NCBI GenBank assembly: GCA_016860685.1
Contig: BOJX01000002.1
Location: 10-64,009 of the forward strand
Source: Planctomycetota bacterium
Lineage (GTDB): Bacteria > Planctomycetota > Phycisphaerae > UBA1845
Direction of reading: 5' to 3'
DNA length: 64,000 bases
The notes under the pieces are model-generated. The model made no database searches, was not told the origin of the DNA, and saw only the letters and a program-made list of their open reading frames with translations. The first letter of the stretch is position 1; the number at the start of each line of letters is the position of its first letter. The position numbers were made by a program, and so were the translations under genes. This document shows, in pieces, positions 30,175 through 38,418 of the stretch.

Positions 30175-32052
30175 TCAATCCTCGGGCTGCATCCGGCAAT
30201 CCGTGATCTCTCCCGAGAACGGTGCGTCGCCCGGGGGGATCGGCAGGCGGATCGCCGCCCAGTCATTGAAGTCGCGCAGCGTCGTGCAGAGGCGATCGTC
30301 GCAGACGCCGCCGTCGTCGCCGCAGACGGATGAAAGCCGGGCGATGCAGTTGATGTTCCGTGAGAAGTTGCGCCGGAACCGCCCGTCGCCGTTCCAGTCC
30401 ACCGGCACGTCGCCGCAGATTCCGACCCCCTCGTCAAGGAAGGTCTCATCAAGGTCGGCCAGGGATCCGTCGGAATAATTGACCCCGCCGTCTCCGATCG
30501 CGTCACAGTTCGTGTCGGTCCCGGGGAATGCGTAACGGTAGTTCATGACCGAATTGTAATTCGGCTTGTACGTCCGCTCCTCGTTCCCGCCGTGCCGCAG
30601 GCCGAGGTTGTGCCCGAGTTCGTGCATGCAGACGGTGGCGACGCGCAAGGAAACGTCGTACCAGGTGTCTGAGGCGACGATGAAGTCGTCGCCCGGCAGC
30701 TCCGCGATGCCCGAATTCCGGTTGGCGTTGAACTGGTGGCAGAAGATCGCGTAGTGAAACAGGTCTTCGCGCCGCGGATCGAAGTTCGCCGCTTTGTACA
30801 CGTTGAACTCGTCGTCGAACGTCACTTGCAGATCAAGGCCCAGGAAATTGCCTCCGATGTAAGGGTCGCCCTGTCCGTAGTCCACGTGCAGAGAAATGCC
30901 CGGCGGCAAAGCGTAGGGGTTGGCGACCGGGGCGTTGGCGAAGGCCTCGACGATCATGTCGATCGACTCGGGCCGGGGGCGGTGCGAGTGCATCCCGCCG
31001 CTGGAGTCGTCGGTCCAGTCGATTTCGAGAAAGATGTCCTTGCGAACCGGGTTGGCGCCGAGCCGGGGCAGATCAAGCCCGGCGAGCGTTCCGAGTACTT
31101 CGTCCCCGTCATCCAGACCGTCGCCGTCCGTGTCGGCGTTGAGCGGGTCCGTCCCGGTGCGCCACGGCCCGCGGAAGTCTCCGTCGTTGGTTTCAAAAAT
31201 GTCCCAGAGCCGGTCGCCATCGCTGTCGAGCGGGGCGATCTTGCGACCTCCGCCGCCTTGATTCGGCGGACGATCCGGGGCGTTCGAGCGGATCGGGGCG
31301 GTGGACGTCACGCGCGCCGGGTCGCCGTCGGTGTCATCGAAGTTCCCGCCCAGAAAGCCGTGTCGGTCATGTCCGCTGAAGTCAAGCAGCTCCTGCGCGC
31401 CCTGCGGCTCATCAAGGCGCCAGTATCCCAGCAGACCAGCGTCGCCGTAACGGACCTGGCGATCATATCGATCGAGAAGCTCCTTCTCCGTCAGCGCGCG
31501 GTCCCAGATGCGCACCTCATCCAGCTCGCCCTTGAGAAACGCCGAGGCGCCTTGGTCCGCAATATCTGCACCGAACACGAGCGGGGCTTCTCCGTCGCGA
31601 TCAAGCGTCACCGCCGTCGCCCGTTGAGCGCGGAGCTGGGCGTTAATGTAGAGCCGTAACTCCCCGGTTGCGTCGTCGAGCAGAAGGGCGATGTGGCGCC
31701 ACTTTCCGGCGACGAGCGACTTTGCCGCGACCGAGACTTCCGCCTCTCCTCCCGATCCGGCTGCACGACCCCGGAGCTGTCCGCCGGAGATTTCAAGGAC
31801 GAACTCTCTGTGCTCCGCCGCCGAGCCCCACTTTCCGACAATGCGCTGGGGAGATTCCAGATCGGCGGGGTTAAGCCAGCACTCCACCGCCCACGAAGAC
31901 CCGAACGTACCGAGGCCCGTGTCCGGAACGACGGCCAACTGACCGGCGCCGGCGAACGAGAGGGCGTTTCCGGCTCGGAACGTTTCGACCCAGCCGATCG
32001 ACGCCGTCAAGACCACCAAGGCTGCCGCAGCCACCAGAGATTTTCCGCTCAT
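30175..32052 (-). CDS. Secreted LamG-domain / thrombospondin-type-3-repeat / metzincin zinc metalloprotease
   Basis: Signal peptide MSGKSLVAAAALVVLTAS after AAGGAG. LKGELDEVRIWDRALTEKEL is typical of Laminin_G_3. DSDGDRLWD...DPLNADTDGDGLDDGDE are Ca-binding TSP3-like repeats. The zinc site is CMHELGHNLGLRHGG (HExxHxxGxxH) with a downstream SVMNY Met-turn. Confidence 0.8.
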   Translation of the reverse strand: MSGKSLVAAAALVVLTASIGWVETFRAGNALSFAGAGQLAVVPDTGLGTFGSSWAVECWLNPADLESPQRIVGKWGSAAEHREFVLEISGGQLRGRAAGSGGEAEVSVAAKSLVAGKWRHIALLLDDATGELRLYINAQLRAQRATAVTLDRDGEAPLVFGADIADQGASAFLKGELDEVRIWDRALTEKELLDRYDRQVRYGDAGLLGYWRLDEPQGAQELLDFSGHDRHGFLGGNFDDTDGDPARVTSTAPIRSNAPDRPPNQGGGGRKIAPLDSDGDRLWDIFETNDGDFRGPWRTGTDPLNADTDGDGLDDGDEVLGTLAGLDLPRLGANPVRKDIFLEIDWTDDSSGGMHSHRPRPESIDMIVEAFANAPVANPYALPPGISLHVDYGQGDPYIGGNFLGLDLQVTFDDEFNVYKAANFDPRREDLFHYAIFCHQFNANRNSGIAELPGDDFIVASDTWYDVSLRVATVCMHELGHNLGLRHGGNEERTYKPNYNSVMNYRYAFPGTDTNCDAIGDGGVNYSDGSLADLDETFLDEGVGICGDVPVDWNGDGRFRRNFSRNINCIARLSSVCGDDGGVCDDRLCTTLRDFNDWAAIRLPIPPGDAPFSGEITDCRMQPED

Positions 32053-32267
32053 GCCTTTTCTCCTTGTGCTGTCGTCGCCGAACGCGACCGACACACGCTC
32101 TCCCTAGGACGACTGACCGGGGTGGGTGATGCCGGTATGATACCCGCGGTCAGGCCGTCCGGACAGCCCCTGACGGGGATTTCGGGCGGGCATTTCCGGC
32201 ACGGGGTCTCCTCGGGGGGGCGTCGTCGACTGCGGCTGAGGCGACCGTCCGCGGAGAAGCGGCCCGA

Positions 32268-33554
32268 CTACTCCCGTCGGAGCGCTTCGATCGGATCCAG
32301 GTTGGCCGCTTGCAGAGCGGGGTACATCCCCGAAACAAGCCCGACGAGCACCGATAACCCGAAGCTTAAGATCATATATTGCGGCTGAACGATCGGCGTC
32401 CACTCCGCAACCCGGCTGAGCACCATCGAACCGACCCACCCGAGAATGACGCCGATGACGCCGCCACCGGTGGACAGGACGATCGTCTCAATGAGGAACT
32501 GAACCGTGATGTGCCGGCGGCGCGCGCCGAGGGCGCGGCGAACGCCGATCTCGCGCGTGCGCTCCGTCACGGTGGCCAGCATGATGTTCATAATGCCGAT
32601 GCCGCCCACCAGCAGCGAGATGCCGGCGATGAACCCGAGCACGCGCTGATTGTTGACCTTTTTGCGCTCGGCGATTTTGAGGCGCGCGAGAGGGACTTTG
32701 ATTTCGTAATCCTCCGTCGGATGCGTGCGTTCGAATACGCGCTTGACCATCTCGGAGACGGGCAGCACGTGCTCAAGCTCGTCCACCTGAATGATCAGGC
32801 CTGAAACGAGAACCTTGGTCATCTCGCGCGAACCGGTGCGGCGCTTGACCGTGATCTCGGAAAAGAGCTTGTTGACGGTGGTGATCGGGGCCAGGATTTC
32901 ACGGTTGAGGTTGCGCTCCTCGACGCCGCGCTGAGGCGAACCGGCGACCTGCACGTTCCGCAGGACGCCGACCACGCGGAACGGGATCGCCGTCGGGTAG
33001 CGCTCCGCGAGGATCACCTGCCCGATCGGATCCTCGTGCTTGAAAAGCTCTCGTCGGACATCCTCGCCGATGACGCAGACGGCGTGTTCGGCGGCGAGAT
33101 CCTCGTCGGTCAGCGACCGTCCGAAGGCGACATCGATGTTGACGGCCTGGAAGAAGGACGGCTCGGTTCCGGTGACGGAGGCGTTGCTGCGCCGGTCGCG
33201 CCAGCGAACGATGTCGGAAACGGTGCGAAGCACGGTGACCGAGGCGAGGTGAGGGAGCGTGTTCTCAATGAGTTCGACATCGGAAGGCTTGATGCCGTAT
33301 TCGAGGAGCGACGCGTTGCCCTGCGAGACCTGCGTGGTCTGGCGCGGGGCGACGGAGTCCACGAGAACGTTGCGCGTGCCCATCAACTGGATGCTGCGGA
33401 GTTCGTCGGCCGACGCTCCCTCGCTGACGGACAACATGCAGATGACCGCGGCGACGCCGAAGATGATGCCCAGCACGGTCAGCAACGACCGCAGCTTGTG
33501 CAGCAGAAGGTTACGGACACCGAGTTTGAGCGTTTCAACGTTGAGCAGCGTCAT
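32268..33554 (-). CDS. MacB/LolC-type ABC transporter permease (FtsX domain plus periplasmic MacB_PCD), with no fused ATPase
   Basis: LKLGVRNLLLHKLRSLLTVLGIIFGVAAVICMLS (TM1), a periplasmic domain of about 230 aa, and a C-terminal FtsX block LLVGGIGIMNIMLATVTERTREIGVRRALGARRRHI. The start is uncertain (33554, 33587 or 33626). Confidence 0.85.
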   Translation of the reverse strand: MTLLNVETLKLGVRNLLLHKLRSLLTVLGIIFGVAAVICMLSVSEGASADELRSIQLMGTRNVLVDSVAPRQTTQVSQGNASLLEYGIKPSDVELIENTLPHLASVTVLRTVSDIVRWRDRRSNASVTGTEPSFFQAVNIDVAFGRSLTDEDLAAEHAVCVIGEDVRRELFKHEDPIGQVILAERYPTAIPFRVVGVLRNVQVAGSPQRGVEERNLNREILAPITTVNKLFSEITVKRRTGSREMTKVLVSGLIIQVDELEHVLPVSEMVKRVFERTHPTEDYEIKVPLARLKIAERKKVNNQRVLGFIAGISLLVGGIGIMNIMLATVTERTREIGVRRALGARRRHITVQFLIETIVLSTGGGVIGVILGWVGSMVLSRVAEWTPIVQPQYMILSFGLSVLVGLVSGMYPALQAANLDPIEALRRE

Positions 33555-33689
33555 CGCCGGTACAACCCGCGCCGCCCGCCGGATCATCCAGCGCGGCCCG
33601 CGGACCTCGGGCGGCGAGCCGGGCATGATACCCTGAACCTTCCGCGCATCCCACCGGCGTGCAAGATCGGCAGCGAAAAGGCCCCGGCG

Positions 33690-34700
33690 TCATCCGCCGT
33701 CGGGCGCGCCCTCGCCGGCATCGTCGGGCGCCGCTTCGTCGGTCGAGTTCTTTCCGGACTTGCGGCGTTCCTTGCGCGGGGGTTTCTGCTCGCGGAGGTC
33801 TTCGAGCGGGGTGGATTCCGCGCTCTCGGCGGCGGCGTCGCCCTTGCCCTCTGTGTCGTCGTTCTCAGCCGCGCGCGCCGCGAAACGCGACTCGGCCTTG
33901 GACAGCAGGGCGGCGGCGAGGCGGCGCTGACCGGGGTCAAGCACCGCGCGGATGTCGGCGCGCATCTTCGTAAGCAGGGCGGTCAGCTTCTCCTTGTCGC
34001 CGGCGATTCCGCGGGCCTCATCCTGGGTCTGGCGGTAGATGTCGATGATTCGGCGGCGCTGGTCCTCATCCAGGCGCATTGTCGGGCCGGTCACGACGCC
34101 GATGAACTCCTTCGGCAGGAGCTTCGCCCCGACGTCGGTGTCCTTCGTCATGCCGAACTCGTCGGCGATTTTGTAAAGTTCCGCCGCCTGCTGGCGCGTA
34201 AGCTCGGCCTCGATCGCGGACAGCATCTCCGCGAAATCAGGCTCGCCCGCCTGCTCGGAAGAAAGCTGCTTGTTCCGAAGTTCGGTCAGCCGCTGCATGA
34301 TGGATCGGAGCTTCGCCTTGTCGCCGGCTTTTTTCGCCACGTCGGCCTGGCGCTTCAGCGCCTTGTACTCCTGACCGAATTCCTCCTGAAATGCCTTCTT
34401 CGCCGGGGCGGCGGAAACCGCCTTCGCGGTATGATCGAGGAGGATGGCGTGGACCTTGGCGCGCTGGGCGTCGGACAGCTTCAGCCGCTCCACGAGCATC
34501 AGCTCAAAGCGCGAAAGCTGCTCTTTGCCGCCGAAACCGGCCTTCTCGTCTTCCTTGACCTGCCCCGTGTCGCGCAGAACTTCGGCCTCCTTTTCCCAGC
34601 CGGGCTTCTTCGGAACCTCCTGGGCGATCGCTACGGAGCCGAAGGCGGTGGAAAGAAGGAAGGAGACGGAAAAAACGAGCATTTTTGAACAAGCGATCAT
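33690..34700 (-). CDS. Secreted helical protein with repeated LxxxQ(R) motifs (CpxP/Spy-like, LTXXQ family?)
   Basis: Signal peptide MIACSKMLVFSVSFLLSTAFGSVAIAQE after GGAG. It is Lys/Glu/Ala-rich. LSDAQRAKV, LTRQQAAEL, LDEDQRRRI and LDPGQRRLA are spaced along the protein. The C-terminal tail is acidic then basic. Confidence 0.55.
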   Translation of the reverse strand: MIACSKMLVFSVSFLLSTAFGSVAIAQEVPKKPGWEKEAEVLRDTGQVKEDEKAGFGGKEQLSRFELMLVERLKLSDAQRAKVHAILLDHTAKAVSAAPAKKAFQEEFGQEYKALKRQADVAKKAGDKAKLRSIMQRLTELRNKQLSSEQAGEPDFAEMLSAIEAELTRQQAAELYKIADEFGMTKDTDVGAKLLPKEFIGVVTGPTMRLDEDQRRRIIDIYRQTQDEARGIAGDKEKLTALLTKMRADIRAVLDPGQRRLAAALLSKAESRFAARAAENDDTEGKGDAAAESAESTPLEDLREQKPPRKERRKSGKNSTDEAAPDDAGEGAPDGG

Positions 34701-34936
34701 AAACTGTGCTCCGAGGTGAACCGAACGCGACCGGTCCCTGGCGCATATTGACACGAATCAGCGCCGAGACCGCCTTGAGAGAAACGTCGGCAAGGCCATC
34801 ATATTGTTGTTCTTCGGCGGGTGGTGCAACGCGGGGAAGGGGGGTTTACCCGGCAGGGAGTATTTGAGGAACACTTCCTGTTGAGATCGTCAGGCGGATC
34901 CCGAAATGACACTTTGAACGTAACTAGTTTTCCGGC

Positions 34937-36508
34937 ATGTTCTTACATACCGTCATCGTATTCGGAATGCTCTTTTTTCGGCGGGAGTCGGCGCGGGCCG
35001 ATAACACGGGGGTAGGGTCTTTCTGGACCCTGGCGCTGCTCAGCGCCGGCGTCTACCTGATGATCTCGCTCGCCGGCTCGGTCGCGTCAACCAGGCTTGC
35101 CCTTGCACGACTGCGTAACAAGCCGGACCAGCTCAGCGAGATCGTTCGACGCCATCATCGTCACGTCGATCTCCTCCGCGGATACCTCGTCGCGGGTTTT
35201 GCGGTGCTGTTCTACGTCTCGCCGTGGGGTGGGCAGGTCTACGCGCTTGAGCTGGGACCGTGGGCGAAGATTGTCGCCGATCTGATCGTCGTCAGCCCCT
35301 ACCTGGCTGCGGCGATGCTGGTCTGGGCGACGACGTATGCGGTCGATCGGGCGTTCCGCGAACCCACGGCCGGACCAGTTGGGAGTCTTGTCGCGGAAGC
35401 GGGGATGCCGTCGCGCCGGGCGTTCGTGCTTTACAATCTTCGGTTTCACGTCCTGATCGTCGCGTTGCCGATGCTGGCGATCCTGTTTGCGTCGAATGTG
35501 GCTCGGGGATACGGCGGAACCTTGCGGCGATGGTTGTTCGGGTGGCCGATTGCGCCGGATATCGCGGTCGGCGGCGTGGCGATGATCGTGTTCCTCTTGT
35601 CTCCGTTGCTGATGCGCCGGGTGTGGACCGTCGTTCCGATGCCGACAGGTTCTCTGCGCGACCGGCTGGAGCGGATGTGCGCGCGGATCGGGCTGGGCTG
35701 TCGCGGAATCATGATCTGGAAGAGCGATGGAATGATGATCAACGCGGCCGTGATGGGCGTCGTGCGGCCGGTGCGCTACATCCTGCTGTCCGACGGATTG
35801 CTGGAGTCAATGAACGATCGTCAGGTCGAGGCGGTGCTGGGGCATGAGGCCGGCCACGTCAGGCGGCGGCACATCGAATATTTCCTACTTTTTGCGTTGG
35901 TGGCGACTCTGGCGGTCTCGGGCGTCGCGGAAGCGGCGCTGCACATCTTTCCCGCGCTGTCGGCGGGGTCCGTGGAAGCGGTGGGGGGGGCGGCGACGCT
36001 GGTGATCTGGGGGCTGGGATTCGGGTTCATTTCCCGCAGGTTCGAACGCGAGGCAGACCTTTTCGGCGCCGCCAGCATCACCCCCGACCTGGAGACGTGT
36101 ACGCTGCCCTGCCGGGTTCATGCCGACACCGCCGTCGGCCGTCACGACGACGTTGCGGCTGATCGAGAGGGGCCGTGTGCCGCGGCGGTCGCCGTGTTCG
36201 TGTCCGCGCTGGACAGGGTGGCAGTGCTTAACGGGTTGGATCCGGAGGAGCCGAGCTGGCGTCATTCCTCGATCGCGTCGCGCATGCGGCACCTGACCGC
36301 GCTGGCCGCGGATCCTGCGATGGCGCGCCGCTTCCGCCGCCGGTTGACGCAGATTCGGGCGGCGTTGATCGCACTGTCAGTGCTCGGATCAGCCGCATCC
36401 GCAGCCTACGTTGCGTGGGGCGATCCGATGTTGTTGCGTGGGCTCGCGGCGACGGATGCCGAGTCGGGGCGGGCCCTGGCCGATCGCACCGGCGCGGGGG
36501 AGCGTTGA
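34937..36508 (+). CDS. Membrane-bound M48 family zinc metallopeptidase (HtpX/Ste24-like)
   Basis: The N-terminal half is polytopic. LGHEAGHVRRRH (HExxH) is followed by SRRFEREADLFGA (the third-ligand E..AD motif of M48). Confidence 0.8.
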   Translation: MFLHTVIVFGMLFFRRESARADNTGVGSFWTLALLSAGVYLMISLAGSVASTRLALARLRNKPDQLSEIVRRHHRHVDLLRGYLVAGFAVLFYVSPWGGQVYALELGPWAKIVADLIVVSPYLAAAMLVWATTYAVDRAFREPTAGPVGSLVAEAGMPSRRAFVLYNLRFHVLIVALPMLAILFASNVARGYGGTLRRWLFGWPIAPDIAVGGVAMIVFLLSPLLMRRVWTVVPMPTGSLRDRLERMCARIGLGCRGIMIWKSDGMMINAAVMGVVRPVRYILLSDGLLESMNDRQVEAVLGHEAGHVRRRHIEYFLLFALVATLAVSGVAEAALHIFPALSAGSVEAVGGAATLVIWGLGFGFISRRFEREADLFGAASITPDLETCTLPCRVHADTAVGRHDDVAADREGPCAAAVAVFVSALDRVAVLNGLDPEEPSWRHSSIASRMRHLTALAADPAMARRFRRRLTQIRAALIALSVLGSAASAAYVAWGDPMLLRGLAATDAESGRALADRTGAGER

Positions 36509-36685
36509 CGCGAGTCGAAGCAGGGTGGGACAAAGAACGCTCAGTTTCTGCAAGTCCGAAGCTTCTTCGAGACACGCCAGCCGAGAAAGGCTCCACCGCC
36601 GACCTCGCCGTGGGAGGCTCTGCAATGCGCGTCAAAGTGGCGTGATCTGCGCCGCTGGATGGCGCGCATTTCCTCGGCCTGCCCG

Positions 36686-37177
36686 TCATCGGCGGTTGTA
36701 AAGCGGATCGACGGACAACCAGCGGCAGGCGGCGCCGCAACGTGGGCACTTGACGAGCGTTTCCAACGCCGTCCAGGATCCGGAAGGTATTCGGTATTGC
36801 GCATATCGCGGGCGATCCGGATCGACGGGAGCAGCCTCGAACATCAGTTGGACGGTGAGCACGCCGTGCGTCGGGCATTCGACGTCGCTGGCGGGAAACG
36901 CGGGGGCATTGCAGGTCTGACAGGTCTGCGGCGAAATCTGCCCCGGGGCCTTGAACGAGTGCCCCGAGTCACAGATCCAAGTCAAGGTCCGGGTGCTCAA
37001 AGGCCGCTGAACCGCCTGAACCTCCGGCTCGCCGGTGCGCGTGACACGCCAGAAAACGACGCCGGCGACAATGACCGCCACCGGCAGCCAGACCGTCAGG
37101 AGCGGGGACCAACGCGAGCGCTCGCGGTTCACGACGCGGATGCGGCGGACGGTGGATGTAAAACCCGGGCGCGCCAC
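36686..37177 (-). CDS. Hypothetical membrane-anchored protein with two zinc-ribbon-like Cys/His pairs
   Basis: GTG 37177 lies 5 nt after the stop of the upstream DUF1559 gene. The N-terminus is Arg-rich, followed by one TM (LLTVWLPVAVIVAGVVFW). Then come WICDSGH...CQTC and CPTHG...CPRCG. No family was recognised. Confidence 0.5.
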   Translation of the reverse strand: MARPGFTSTVRRIRVVNRERSRWSPLLTVWLPVAVIVAGVVFWRVTRTGEPEVQAVQRPLSTRTLTWICDSGHSFKAPGQISPQTCQTCNAPAFPASDVECPTHGVLTVQLMFEAAPVDPDRPRYAQYRIPSGSWTALETLVKCPRCGAACRWLSVDPLYNRR

Positions 37178-37181
37178 GCGG

Positions 37182-38051
37182 TCAGCGCCTCGTCTCGCGC
37201 TCGGAGGACGGAAGCGCACCCGTGTACCAGTAAAGCTGGTCGGAGGAGAAATTGTAATGCTCGACATCGTGCAGATCGGTGCAGATCGAGCATCCGCCGT
37301 TGGCGCAGCGCGAGTAATACTCGCGGATCGGGTTGCGCATCACGTCGATCGTGCGGGCGGTCGTCACGGAGTTCCCGAGCGTCAGGACGTTGATCCCGAC
37401 GCCGTGCCGCGTCGTGACCCAGGGGTAGCCTTCGTCGTCGTAGTTCGGATCGTATCCGTCATCCCACTGCAACATCGAGGCGTTGCGCGGCGGGCCCTTG
37501 TCCTTGCCGTCGTCGCCTCGCCCCGGGGCAAAGTGCCGATCCGGACCGATGTCGGCGACCAGCAACGTGTTCATCGGTCGCGACGGCTCATGCCGATCGA
37601 CGTTGGAGAGAAAGCCGTCGCCGGCCCGCATCAGAAAATTGTTCAGTCCGTAGCTGGATGCGTTGGCCCAGTCCGACGGGTCATCCTTCTCGTCAAGACT
37701 GCGCCAGCGGTTCTTGAACGGATCCTCGGGGCAGGCCATCACGGTGCGGTCGGCGAGCGGACGCGGCATCAGCTTCACGAACCAGGTGTTGACGCGGTCA
37801 TCATCGACAACATCCACGTTCGGCAGCCAGCCCGCGCTCTCCAGGCGGTAGATCTGAAGCGCTTGACCGATCTCGCGCAGGTTGTGCATGCAGACTGTGT
37901 TGTTCGCCTGCCGCATCGCCTGACCCACGCCCGGAATGAGCAGGGCAATCAGGATCGCAACGATCGTTACGACCAGAAGAATCTCGACCAGAGTGAACGC
38001 GGGGCGGCGCTGCGCCAGCGGGGACCGGCAGCTTCGCGATAGCCTGCGCAT
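37182..38051 (-). CDS. Prepilin-type N-terminal cleavage/methylation-domain protein, DUF1559 family
   Basis: MRRLSRSCRSPLAQRRPAFTLVEILLVVTIVAILIALLIPGVGQAMRQANNTVCMHNL. GGAG lies 8 nt upstream of ATG 38051. The longer track ORF (to 38225) adds a non-homologous leader. Confidence 0.82.
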   Translation of the reverse strand: MRRLSRSCRSPLAQRRPAFTLVEILLVVTIVAILIALLIPGVGQAMRQANNTVCMHNLREIGQALQIYRLESAGWLPNVDVVDDDRVNTWFVKLMPRPLADRTVMACPEDPFKNRWRSLDEKDDPSDWANASSYGLNNFLMRAGDGFLSNVDRHEPSRPMNTLLVADIGPDRHFAPGRGDDGKDKGPPRNASMLQWDDGYDPNYDDEGYPWVTTRHGVGINVLTLGNSVTTARTIDVMRNPIREYYSRCANGGCSICTDLHDVEHYNFSSDQLYWYTGALPSSERETRR

Positions 38052-38418
38052 CGTTTCAACTCCGTTACGCTCGCGCCCGGTTCGAGCGGACGGGATCACG
38101 ACCGTCCCCGACGCCGGAAGTCCGGCAATCCTCCAGCGCGACCCGCCCGCGCGATCCCCGTCGGGAACATTATTCATGTATTCAATGCGCGGATTCCCGT
38201 CGGGTGTCAAGTGCTTTTTCGGCACGAGCCTGGAAATCCCTTGCGTCCGGGGGCGCCAACCGGCGGTTTAAACCGCCCTCCCGGTGGGTGATGGTTTCCG
38301 CCGCCGACATCGTTATAATCCGCGCCGGGGCGGATCATCGCAACGTTTTCGGTCGATCCGCCCTGATCCTTTCCGCCCCGACGGCAGGGTCGCCTGAAGA
38401 GATCGACACAGGTGTTGA

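Noticed and set aside
38231-38245. Sigma54-like element TGGAAATCCCTTGCG upstream of the radical SAM gene.
   Set aside because: The GG-to-GC spacing is 11 rather than the invariant 12 positions, and the -24 element (TGGAAA) deviates from TGGCAC.
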